From: Catajapyx aquilonaris
Lineage: Eukaryota
DNA length: 33,471 nucleotides
Assembly: GCA_000934665.2 (NCBI GenBank)
Contig: KZ539100.1
Span: 1-33,471, forward strand
Direction: 5' to 3'
The first letter of the stretch is position 1. Every line of letters begins with the position of its first letter. The notes under the pieces are model-generated. The model worked only from the letters and a program-made list of their open reading frames with translations. It did no database searches and had not been told where the DNA came from. A program made the position numbers and the translations under genes. Positions 23,138 to 33,463 of the stretch are shown here, one piece after another.

Positions 23138-23965
23138 TCATGCGTGAATTCGCATGTGGTCTTTCAAATGATTTGAATAACGAAATTTCTTCTGGCAGAC
23201 CTCACAAGTATAGGGTTTCTCTCCTGTATGAATTCGATTGTGCTTTTTCAAGTTACTTGAATGAGTAAATTTTTTCTGGCAGACCTCACAAGCAAATGGT
23301 TTTTCTCCTGTATGAACTCTAATGTGGGTTTTTAATGCACCTGGTTTACGAAATTTTTTCTGGCACACCTCACAAGTAAAGGATTTATATCCTGCATGAA
23401 TTCGCTTGTGCCATTGCAATGTATCTGAAGCACGAAATTTTTTCTGGCACACCTCACAAGTAAATGGTTTTTCTCCAGTATGAATTCGCAAGTGGACCTT
23501 CAAATTACCTAAATTAGTAAACTTTTTCTGGCACACCTCACAAGTGAATGGTTTTTCTCCTGTATGAATCCACTTGTGCTTTTTTAAATTACATGAATCA
23601 CGGAATTTTTTCTCGCACACCTCACAAGTAAAGGGATTATCTCCTGTATGAATTCGCACGTGCTTTTTCAATGTACCTAAATCATTAAAAATTTTCTGGC
23701 ACACCTCACAAATAAATGCCAGCTTGACTGGATGAATTCTGTTGTGAGACTTCAGCTGAGTCGAATCATCAAATTTTATCTGGCAAATATGGCAATAAGT
23801 GCTTTTACTATGAATCATCATGTGCAATTTCAAGTCATGCTGCGTGCCAAAAGGTTTCTGGCATATTCTGCACTGAAATGGATTATTTCTACGGCATATT
23901 CCTCTGCTCCTTTCCTCTTGCATCTCACTCTCTGCTACTCCATCTTCACTTGTCACATGCAGGAC
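23138..23965 (-). CDS. ZNF gene D, finger exon (9 C2H2 fingers); spliced protein about 364 aa
   Basis: Acceptor TTTCAG|GTC at 23966/23965, phase 0; open array. Confidence 0.92.
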   Translation of the reverse strand, partial: VLHVTSEDGVAESEMQEERSRGICRRNNPFQCRICQKPFGTQHDLKLHMMIHSKSTYCHICQIKFDDSTQLKSHNRIHPVKLAFICEVCQKIFNDLGTLKKHVRIHTGDNPFTCEVCEKKFRDSCNLKKHKWIHTGEKPFTCEVCQKKFTNLGNLKVHLRIHTGEKPFTCEVCQKKFRASDTLQWHKRIHAGYKSFTCEVCQKKFRKPGALKTHIRVHTGEKPFACEVCQKKFTHSSNLKKHNRIHTGEKPYTCEVCQKKFRYSNHLKDHMRIHA

Positions 23966-24189
23966 CTGAAATGTAAATGACAGAACATTAATAGCTACCC
24001 CCTGGCAAAAATTCACGACTGGCGTTTCGGGAGGTACCTGGGTATCAGGTTCCTGCGGTCCCGGGAATTGCTCAGCTGAGCCCTCACGGTCACGCAGACC
24101 AAACAAAATGACAGAGATCTGAACCACTGACTGTAAGTGTACTTGTCTCCCACCCAGACTCAAGACTTGTTATTTAGACTGTATGGTAT

Positions 24190-26655
24190 GGCATGGAAAT
24201 GGAATTAAATCCCATGATCTTCCTGAAGACATTGCACTTCCGAAACATCTAATGATACTAGGCATTGTTGAAACATGGCAGGAGAAAGCTCCAGATTTGA
24301 AATTTTGGAAAAATAACATGGTATACTATTCACAAGAGGAAATACTCCACAGGTAGGCCTTCGGGGGGTATTGCCCTCTTTTGTCATCCTAAGGTTCCAC
24401 CCAAACTTATTTCTAGTTCTCCTTACTATCTATTAACGGATCAAACTTTCAAAACTTTACATCGGTTTCTGGCTATCGCCTATTTTCCACCCACAAGAGC
24501 AAGTGCTGAAGCTTTACATGCCTTCTTTAAAGAAATCGAAACCAAGGTCTTACAAAACCAACTTTTGCTAACAATGGCAGTTCTGACTGCTCCAACAGGG
24601 ACATTTCAGCTTAACACCTACCCATCCAACACTAGAAGGATGAAGTAATATCTGTCAGAGGCCAACTACTTATCGAGTACCTTGAAAACTTGACACTCAC
24701 ATTATTAAATGAAACTACAGTAAATCGAACCATTCCCCAATTACCACTACCTTATTCTGGACTGGAAAAAGTGTGGACAAAAAAATTACAGAAATCCGAA
24801 GCTATTATACCACTCCCAAAATGATGAACCCCTCCGAATAATTAAATGGCCTGGAAGAGGAGTGTACGGAAAGGTTGACCAACAAACTCTGTACTGTACA
24901 GACCCGGGTCGAATTCTGCCCTTCCCAAGAAAATTTCTAATACAAAGAGGTATCATTAAGATAAGGCAAGTTGATTTACAAATACGTACATTCCTTTTCC
25001 CATAAGCCATGGGTGGACCCTACAGTTAAAAACCTTCACAAGATAATGTAGAACTACCGTAAAGATACTTAAAAATCACTACTCCAGCGTAAATTAGACA
25101 AAAAAAAAGACTGAGTTCTTCAAGGAGACACTAAACAGCCCCATTGACACACGAACGTTCAGTGGACGTTCGTGAATGTGCAGGGAATGTGATGTATGTT
25201 CTGTACATTCAGTGAACGTTCCGTGAATGTTCGTAGAGGGACATACATGGAATGTTTTACTTGAATGTTCTGTGAACGTTCAGTGAATGTTCCCCATTGA
25301 CACACCAACATGAAGAGGACGTTCGTGAATGTGCAGGGAATGATCTGAATGTTCCGTATGTTCAGGGAATGTTCCGTGAATGTTCATCTCTGGACATACA
25401 TAGAATGCTCTATTGGAATGTTCATTGAACGTTACGTGAACATTTCCTCGCGCGCGAGCGCCGCGCCACCTGTCGGCACTAGTGTATCTAAGTGCCGACA
25501 GGTGGCTACACTTATTGGGCAGTCGTCATCCGCCATATGGCCATAACCGCCATTAGTCCTGCCCATGGCCTGGCCATCAGCCGTATGCGGTCCCCCAGCA
25601 TTATCGGCAACCCCTAATTTGGTTGGACACGGCGCGGCGGTAGTTGGACGACACGGACGACACGTATGCAGACGAGCGAGTCGCCTGCTGGTGAAACTCA
25701 GAGGTGACGTTCACACTTTGTCTGCCATGATAGTATATAAAATATATGTATCTCTTATATGACACCATTTTCTTATTCCTCAAGGATAGAGAAAGCTCGT
25801 CTAGGGAATGAGGAACAGGACAGCATATAGTAGGAACAAGCACTGACAATGTCCTGTGTTGCACAAGGCACTGAAGGCTTCATTCACCAGTGACTGCGGA
25901 CTGCAGTGAACTCTTGTGGTCAGCAGTGACAATGTGCTCAAGAGGCTTCCTAGGATCCACATTCATGTTCTTATGTGATTAATAAAAGTCATATCCACAT
26001 GTTTCATAATGCAGTATGTGCATGCTTTAATCACCTGCAAGTATCCCGTATCTTAAAACATTCAGTGAACATTCAGTGAACATTCAGGTTATGTGCACTT
26101 TTCATTCAGTGAACATTCAAAGTATGTGCATAGAACATTCAGTGAACGTTCAGAGTATGTGAATAGAACATTCAGTGAACATTCAGAGTATGTGCACAGA
26201 ACAGTCAGTGGATGTTGATAACAAATGTGCAGTGAACGTTTCAAAATGAGACATCATCAACATTCACTTGATGTTCCCTTGAACATTCACTTGATGTTCC
26301 CTTGAACATTCACTGAACGTTCGAATGTTCAGCATGGAACGTTAACTGAACACAATGTTGATGTGTCAATGGGGAGATTAGCCAAAGCAAATGATCCGCG
26401 TGAATTCTCGCAACACATAAATAGGGACCACTCTCCCTGGCAAGCATAATCTGTGACGATACTCGGAAGGAATAGTTTCAAGAAACATGTTCTCGCTTCT
26501 AACTCCCGACGATAATAATGGGACACTGTCAAAACATATTAGAGTACGGAATAAATAGTTTGGACTAGAAAAAGAGCCTGACCAGGCTATTATGAAACTT
26601 TAGGATAAATCTGTACCAGGAATCGATGGTATCCCTAACTCATTCTTCAAGAAGG
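24190..26655 (+). mobile_element. Degenerate LINE ORF2 fragment (EN to start of RT) in the gene D intron, interrupted by a DNA transposon
   Basis: STGRPSGGIALF (EN motif, about 24350) and PGIDGIPNSFFK (RT N-terminus, about 26617-26652); boundaries approximate. Confidence 0.65.
25139..26374. mobile_element. EnSpm/CACTA(CMC)-like non-autonomous DNA transposon
   Basis: TIR CCCCATTGACACA / TGTGTCAATGGGG; 2-bp TSD AG; many subterminal GAAC(A/G)TTC(AGT) repeats at both ends; left end tandemly duplicated (about 152 bp, second copy from about 25292). Confidence 0.82.
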
Positions 26656-26718
26656 ATTGATGATTTATTGGTGTCTCTTCATCGTAAAATCATACTGTAA
26701 TTCCAGCAGTTTACTTAC

Positions 26719-26985
26719 ACCACTACTTCCAGAACCTCCCGCTAAAGGGTCGTCTTCATCTTCTTCCACCTTTGGCATGTCCACCACCATCTCTTCCTCC
26801 TCCCCTCCTTCCTCCTCCTTGATCTCGAGGAGAGTGTCTTCCACGACAGTAGAGTCACTGTCCAGCCATGGTGGTGGTGCTTCCTCCTCCTCCTTCACCC
26901 TCAGCCTCCAACTCTCCTCGTCCACTGTGATGTCCTCCTCCTCCTTCACTTCCCCTTCCTTCTTTATCCTCAGGATCAAAGACAT
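26719..26985 (-). CDS. ZNF gene D, first coding exon (89 aa acidic domain)
   Basis: TTTGCAG|GGCC-ATG; donor GT|GTAAGT at 26718; phase 0; UTR-intron donor GTGAGT at 27158. Confidence 0.88.
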
Positions 26986-27341
26986 GGCCCTGCAAACACA
27001 CAAGAGGGGAGGTCATGTATAGCCATGTCATGGGTAGTATCTCCCCTAATCAAGGCAGCTGAAGAGGAGAGAGGGACACTTTCTCTCCCAGAGAAGTGTG
27101 CGGGCAAAGTGAAGCAAACCAGATGGGTCCATCCCTTTCCCTCCCGATCCCCACTCACCCTTCCCTCTTCTTCCTTCAGACTTCCAACTCGCCATTCCTC
27201 CTCCTCTACAGTGCCAATTGATGCGTGGACGAGAGGGGAAGGCGGAAGAGTACCTCACCCCTCTCCCTCTGGGGTTCCAATGGAATCCAGTGACTGTGAG
27301 ACGGGTTCAAACGGAGTTCCATTCACACGAAAAGGAGAGAA

Positions 27342-27480
27342 TCAGGCGGCCATCTTTCTTTTCTTTTTTAAAATGCGAATGAGGGTGCGTTCCTGTAGCC
27401 ACACACCAGAGAGTGGAAGGACGGCATTAGACGCTATCCGCACCTCGCCAGTCGCCGCTACTGGTGACGCTGCTATGCAC
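27342..27480 (-). promoter_or_regulatory. Conserved promoter/5' cassette of gene D
   Basis: Same motif order; octamer altered to ATGCGAAT. Confidence 0.7.
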
Positions 27481-28050
27481 CTTGCACATGAAGCTCCATT
27501 GGGCAAAGGTCATCAGTGACGAGCAATTTTATGGGTCGGACATTAGTGCCCGAAAAAAATATATTTGATAATGAGTGCCAATGATTGTGACGCAGGGAAT
27601 GCAAGAAGCACATGAAAATCCAACATAAGCGGTTTATTTTCACACGAGTTCATCTGAATATCGTGACAGATACCATGACCTGTGACCTAATTCGACATCA
27701 TCTGAACCGCTTCATTCATCCCTGTTCCTTCCAACAAGCCCGTCAGCGTGTCCCCTAACCTCAGCACGTACTCGGATGCTCACGCAGTCACGTCCAACAT
27801 CTTTCGCTTCTTTCGCATGGAGAACCTGGGTGTAGAATAGGTCCATCGGATGTCCCACAGTTAGCAGTAGTAACTATCAGTGGGACAAAAATTCCACCCC
27901 GGATTTTTGGGCATGAAAACATAGGCACGAAAAAACCCTCAAATAGGCACTGAAATATACGCAGCATACAAAAAAAAAAAATCTGTAATAGGCACAAAAT
28001 GTCTACAGCAACAGTTTGATCCCGAGTGAGCCTTGAAACACTTTTTCTCA

Positions 28051-29046
28051 TTATTTGCTGGATTTGGGTGGCCTGTCTTTAGCATGCACTACCTTGATAT
28101 GCTGCTTGATATTTGGTCTGCCTGCAAATCTTTTCCCGCAAACGTCACAAGCGTAAGGCCTCTCCCCGGTGTGCTTCTGCCGAATGTGGGCCTCTACTTC
28201 ACTCTTGCAGCTGAAAGCTTTATCACATTGGGGGCATTTGACCAGTTCAATCTTATGTCTCCTCCTGTGATAGTAAAGAGCATATCTGGACGTGAAGCAT
28301 TTCCCACATTCTGTGCATACATGAGATTCATCTTCCACATGTACAAACTTGTGCTTTTTCAAATAACTCGCCATACGAAAAGCCTTACCACACACGTCAC
28401 ATTCAAAGGGCCATTCCCTAGCAGCGTGAGTAGAACCATGTCTTACCAAATTACTCTTCGTAGTGAATGCCATGTCACATACAGTGCACCTGAACCGTTT
28501 CTCTGGGCCTGCCTTCGTATGTCTAATCAAGTGACTCTTGAGGCTTACCTCGTCCTCAAAAGTGGAGGAGCAGAATTGGCATTTTAGTAGTTGCGCCTGC
28601 CCAACATGAATCAATTTCTTCTGACGTTTCAAGTTCTCCGTAGATTTATATCTACTGTTGCAAACGTCCCTAGCAATGGTTTTCTCTTTCACATGTGTAC
28701 TTGCATGCCTCTTTAAGTTATAGTTGCATCTAAATGCCTTGTCACACACTCTGCAAACATGATTTCGCCGGTGCACTTTTGCATGTGCCAATAATGTGTT
28801 TCTACTTCTGAAGGACTTGTCACATCTGGTGCACTTGTGGGGCCTCTCTACAGGATGAGATTTCTTGTGCCGGCTCAGAGACCTCAAAGTCTTGCATATC
28901 TTGCCACAAAGGTCACAAGGGAAAGTTTTTTCTACAGTTTGGGCGCATGCGTGGGCTCTGGCCTTCCTTTCCTCATTAAAAACCACTCCGCAGACTGGGC
29001 AAGGGAAAGGAGTCTGCGCCTTTGTGCTCTCTTGATCTGCATTTGC
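28051..29046 (-). CDS. ZNF gene E, finger exon (about 10 diverse fingers, the first C2HC-like, plus 1 degenerate finger); spliced protein about 457 aa
   Basis: Acceptor AATAG|GCA at 29047/29046, in frame with ORF 28051-28986; non-homogenised fingers (CDLC, CTRC, CRVC, CQFC, CTVC, CDVC, CTEC, CPQC). Confidence 0.88.
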   Translation of the reverse strand, partial: ANADQESTKAQTPFPCPVCGVVFNEERKARAHACAQTVEKTFPCDLCGKICKTLRSLSRHKKSHPVERPHKCTRCDKSFRSRNTLLAHAKVHRRNHVCRVCDKAFRCNYNLKRHASTHVKEKTIARDVCNSRYKSTENLKRQKKLIHVGQAQLLKCQFCSSTFEDEVSLKSHLIRHTKAGPEKRFRCTVCDMAFTTKSNLVRHGSTHAAREWPFECDVCGKAFRMASYLKKHKFVHVEDESHVCTECGKCFTSRYALYYHRRRHKIELVKCPQCDKAFSCKSEVEAHIRQKHTGERPYACDVCGKRFAGRPNIKQHIKVVHAKDRPPKSSK

Positions 29047-29135
29047 CTATTTTTTTATATAAAAAAACAGCATTACATTTATAAAAAGCCAAGTGATCTT
29101 GTCACCACAGCTGCTTTCAAAGCTACATGACCCAC

Positions 29136-29324
29136 CTTTTCCTTCTCCAGACCCTCATCTGAATGGTTCTGCTTCGTCATCCTGAAACGCTTCAGAATTT
29201 CCGTCGTGCTAGGACCTCGGACTGCATCCGACTCTGGTTTGACACTGACTGTCAGGATCAGGCCACTGTCCGCAGCCGAGCTTTCACCTGCACACTCTGC
29301 CTCCTCCTTGTTCGACATGGACGG
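29136..29324 (-). CDS. ZNF gene E, middle coding exon (63 aa)
   Basis: Acceptor TTTCAG|CCG at 29325/29324; donor AAG|GTGGGT at 29135; phase 0 on both sides; contains VKPE. Confidence 0.78.
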
Positions 29325-29602
29325 CTGAAATGAAACACACACAGTTAATAATCAGGAATGAAATCAGCAGCTGATGCCACCTCACGTTCTCTCATGCACC
29401 TTACAGGCACCTCCATAATCTCTATTGATATCAAATGCAAAGTTGGTTTCTTTGTCCAAGTTTGCTCACCCTGGCAACAGGTGTCATTTGAATCAGCAAT
29501 GGTTGATTGATTGTTGATTATTATGTGACACCATGGAAACAGGCCTGTGTGAAGAGAGGGTTGCGTTTCTGGTTAATCAACAGAGATATTCCGCATGCTT
29601 AC

Positions 29603-29791
29603 CGCAGCCACACTGCCGTCGTCTTCCTCCGTTCCCACACCGTCATTAGCCCCCGAAGCATATCTTTCAAAGAAGCCAGGGTCCTCCTCCAGGCAGGAAG
29701 GCGTCTCCTCCTTGATCCGCAGGAGCCAAGTCTCCTCCGTCGTGATCTCCTCGTCCTCATCCTCCGCCGCTTCCTTCTTGATGGTCGGCAT
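29603..29791 (-). CDS. ZNF gene E, first coding exon (63 aa acidic domain)
   Basis: MPTIKKEAAEDEDEEITTEETWLLRIKEE, homologous to A-D exon 1; donor CG|GTAAGC at 29602; phase 0. Confidence 0.8.
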
Positions 29792-29969
29792 CGAAGACAA
29801 TGTCCTGAAGCGCCAGCTACACTTATTGCGGGGTTTGAATTCACCGAATGCGGTCCTCTTTGTGTTCCGCAGGCCGACGAACGCCAGTGTGGTCCTCGCC
29901 AAATCAGTGCGAATCAGAGAAATCAGCAGGCGAAACGAGAAGCGAAAGAGAGAGAGAGAGAGAGAGAGC

Positions 29970-30100
29970 TCAGAAGGACGCCATCTTGGATTTGGAGAGG
30001 GTGCATTCGGACGCCTGCCTCGAAAAGAAGAACCGATCGGACACTGGGAAGGTGAATAGCCGCTATTGAATGTAACTGCTACCTCCAATCACTGCTACTC
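29970..30100 (-). promoter_or_regulatory. Diverged promoter cassette of gene E, next to a (GA)n tract at about 29947-29968
   Basis: Retains CGCCATCTT, GAGGGTGCATTC, GGAAGG, CGCTATT and GCTAC blocks in the same order. Confidence 0.62.
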
Positions 30101-31496
30101 GCTGATGTGTAGCAAAATGTAATGAACTTTTATTGCGATTACTCTCGCCAGTTCGGAAAATAATATTCTGTTAATTTAAAAAAATCATGTTACTCCATCC
30201 TATTAGTTACAATGTACATGTTGTTACCATTGAAATAACTTGCTAAGATTTCCGGCTTTGGTTTTTGTTACTCCCCGTTTGTGCGGCTACCACATTATAT
30301 ACTCTTATTAGTGAGAAGAGTGTCCGGATGGTCATGGGGCTTCCCTTGGTAATCTAACACGTTGGCCATGTGAAGCTTTGTCATAAGAGTGTTCAGATTG
30401 TCATGAAATGATTTGATGCGGGAAAAAGGTCATAACAATAATAACTGCAATAGGACAGGCAACAATAAAGGCCGTCTCCTACTGGAACTCTTCTCATCCA
30501 GTGTCTCCCCCAGATCCCCACAGATCAAAGAATGAATTTTCTTGCATATTATAATGGCCTTTATTTGCTTGAATTCATATAATAAGTTAATATTAAAGTT
30601 AAATATTAAAGAACAAAAACTTCAGTGTGTTACAATAATGAACAAAGTACTTGTACAATGGGTATTAAATTAAAAAATCATCCCGTCTCAACAAGAATTT
30701 ACCCGCACAAAGAGTTTTACCCCATTGTTTTGCTTTTAACTATTCCGACGAGGTGTCAATATAAAGAACAACACCAGGAACAGCACAAGATTCGAAAAAC
30801 TTGCCTCGGAGCAGGTGGAGGAGGAGGCGCTTTGCATCATTGACCAACCACCAGCCAATGGCACCTTTTCCCCAGCTTTGCAGTATTACATAGGAGCATC
30901 ATGGGACCAGGCTGCCATGTATGGTTCCACGGAACTCTGAAATCACAAGCACCAGATAATGCACATTGTTGAACTTGACACTACATCAGACAAACCCTAT
31001 ACTCATCAATAGTGAAAACAGGCCAAACCTTATGGGCGGTGCTTTCAGCCAAATGAGCCAAATCTCAACTGTGCAAACCAAATGATAAAAATGCAAATGC
31101 TCCTTGTCAGCATGCAACAATGAATATTGTGTGTAGACTAATGTACGGAAAATGAGACAATGATCTGACGTCTTCGGTTCTTCCATTGTTGCCTTTTTGT
31201 TCACACCGTTTACTCATATTATTTGCTCTGCGAGAGTATTCGTCTCGCATTTTCCGTACATTATAGCTGGTGCATTTGCAACATTGCCAGAAGGTTTCCT
31301 GCCTGTGTTGATGTTTTACTAGAAAATTGCTTTCAGGTATAGACGAAGAGCAATGGTGTCACAGGGATTCAATGACAATAGTATATTGTTAGTTCCATTT
31401 GTTGACATTGTTACCTCACAACTATTCTCTGGCTGATGATTATGATAACTGAGCAGCGAGCAATGATGGTGCGCAAACTACAGGCTGACAATAGCG

Positions 31497-32225
31497 TTTA
31501 TTTATTTGTACCCCGGCTTTAGGGTTAAGACTAACCCTTTAAGGGGGACACCGCAACCAAAAATACAGTCATTACATACACTTTTTTTGACAACCGAATA
31601 TTCAATCATTATATACATTTTTTTTGACATTCACAGAAAAAATCATGCATATCTACTATCAGTCTCTTTGGGGGGTTGTTGAAAACAAAAGCTATAGTCT
31701 GTCAGGCGGCATACGGGGTAAATCTACCAGGTATTGAGAGCGGGGAGTACCAAAAAAAAAAAACGGACAATCAAAAAGTAGATGAAAGAGGTCCAATTCG
31801 GAGGTCGTGTTGCACCACACACATGGTTCACCGTCAAATGAGAACTTATAGTTTTGAGACCAAAGAACTTTTGGTAAACCACGCAATCGAATCCATGTGC
31901 GCAGCGGGTTTAGTGGGAGATTATAAGACCAATAAACATCCGGGTGGTTTAGAGATTTGGCTGCGTAGTATGGGGCATAGGAAATAGAATTGGCCAAAAA
32001 TTCCTCGTCTTGCTTGGCGTAAAACTCTGTCAGGTAGGTGAGCGCCTCACTCGGGTTAGAGTTAAGCATTTGAGTATAGATACCTGGGGGTAACAACTTA
32101 TTGACATCCCTGCACCAATCAATTGAGACAGATCTTTGAACTGGTTGTGCCTTCGCGTATCCATACGCTGCAACCAATTAAGAGTTTGTTAATGTGTGGA
32201 TTTACAAGCTTCTGATTAATCACCT
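31497..32225 (-). mobile_element. 3' portion of the same LINE: ORF2 C-terminus with CCHC knuckle, 3' UTR and (TAAA)n tail
   Basis: CVWC......FHLLFDCP; (TAAA)n tail at 31497-31507; joins the 1015+ half in frame across the TSD ACCT. Confidence 0.88.
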
Positions 32226-32503
32226 TGTGACAGAATTGTACTGCCCGCCTTGCTCTTCCCCGCCGGGAGAGGCACCACTTGCCGGCGGCGGGGAGGGGGG
32301 AGGCGGGGGAGAGGGGGGAAGAGAGTCCGGAGTCGAGTGTGAGCAGCCGAGTAGGGTGGACGCATAGAGGGTCGTCTCCCTGGTGAGTTGCAATGAGTGC
32401 TGTACTCCTACCTGATTGGGCATTAAAGCAAAGCGTAACGAGGCAGTCTGTGTTCTGATTATGGAATCGGCATACAAGGTAACCTTTGACCTCGGAGGTC
32501 ACA
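32226..32503 (+). repeat. LTR (278 bp), 5' copy
   Basis: TGTGAC...GTCACA; preceded by ACCT (32222-32225); followed by a PBS. Confidence 0.93.
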
Positions 32504-32505
32504 AG

Positions 32506-32523
32506 TGGCGCCTAGCGTGGGGC
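32506..32523 (+). promoter_or_regulatory. Primer-binding site, tRNA-Lys(CTT)-like
   Basis: TGGCGCCTAGCGTGGGGC, 2 nt after the LTR; 16/18 match to the classical Lys1,2 PBS TGGCGCCCAACGTGGGGC. Confidence 0.85.
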
Positions 32524-33396
32524 GGCAGGACCGCATTAAGGTCAAGCCGCCCACCCACACACCAGCTTTGCTTTGCTTTAATAAGGTAGTCTGGTATCCC
32601 CAGTTCGTTACTCGGGCGTACGGACCTGCATAGGTCGCCCGAGTACCGGGGAAGGAAATCGCCCGAGTACCGGGGAAGGAAATGCCGACCTTTTCAGGTC
32701 CATATTTTCCATGAGGAAAGGGCCTGCCGAGGCCTTGACCGAGTACGGCACAAAGGAACCGAGAACCTGGAAAAGGCCCAAGATGGCCGTTTTTCAGCAC
32801 CTCGTGGTCTCTCCCCGCTCCTTAGCGGGAGAGCCAGGGGCTGTTGCCGGTCTTGTTGGCCGGCACAGTGGTGATGGTGCACCGCCCCAGGCTGGAGACG
32901 TCACGAGGTGGGTGGTGGGGAGAGGGGGCTTGGCGAAGCTGTCCTCATCCCACCCCCTCCTCCTCTCTCCCCTTTTTTGAAAAGGAGAGAACTCGGGCAC
33001 TGCACTCCCGCGCCATCTGCTGGCGGGCGGGAGAAAAAGGAGTTTCGGACCTCCCTTGCCATCTAGGGAGTGGAAAGAGAAGCTCTTTGAGAGCAACTTG
33101 CGCGGGAACTCCGAAATGCTTTGCGATAGGGTCAATCCTCTGCATGGGGATGGTACGGGGCTTGGTAGCCCCTGTGCTGTTGCAAGCAGACCGATTGTTT
33201 CTCCAGTTGGGAGGAGCTCTCCTGTTTCGCCACGGACAGGGAGCTCCTAGCGATCTTTTTCGCACCGGAGCAGCATGCACATTAGGTACGTATGTGCATG
33301 CGGTGATCTAGGTAGATCATGGGGCGCTGAAACTTTTCAGGCCCGCTAGAGCCGGTGTAACGGGCGAAACGTACCCCGGGCGAAATGTACCCACCC

Positions 33397-33463
33397 CGGT
33401 ACAAATCGCCCGGGTTATTTGTACCCCCCCGGGGGGTACAAATAACCCGGGCGATCTGTACCG
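33397..33463. repeat. 67-bp near-perfect palindrome within GGGCGAAA(C/T)GTACC repeats, probably part of a DNA transposon/MITE end
   Basis: 33-bp arms, one mismatch, 1-nt centre. Confidence 0.8.

Larger units (their letters stand above)
32226..33345 (+). mobile_element. 5' part of the LTR retrotransposon (5' LTR, PBS, leader)
   Basis: LTR plus PBS; 24-bp direct repeat at 32635-32682; no clear gag ORF; right end uncertain. Confidence 0.7.

Noticed and set aside
23966..24163. N-terminal extensions of the finger ORFs in the ORF track (also 7292-7399)
   Set aside because: Intronic; they lie upstream of conserved splice acceptors and are not shared between paralogues.
30200..31490. Possible decayed coding or TE sequence between gene E and the LINE tail
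   Set aside because: No interpretable motifs or termini found by eye.
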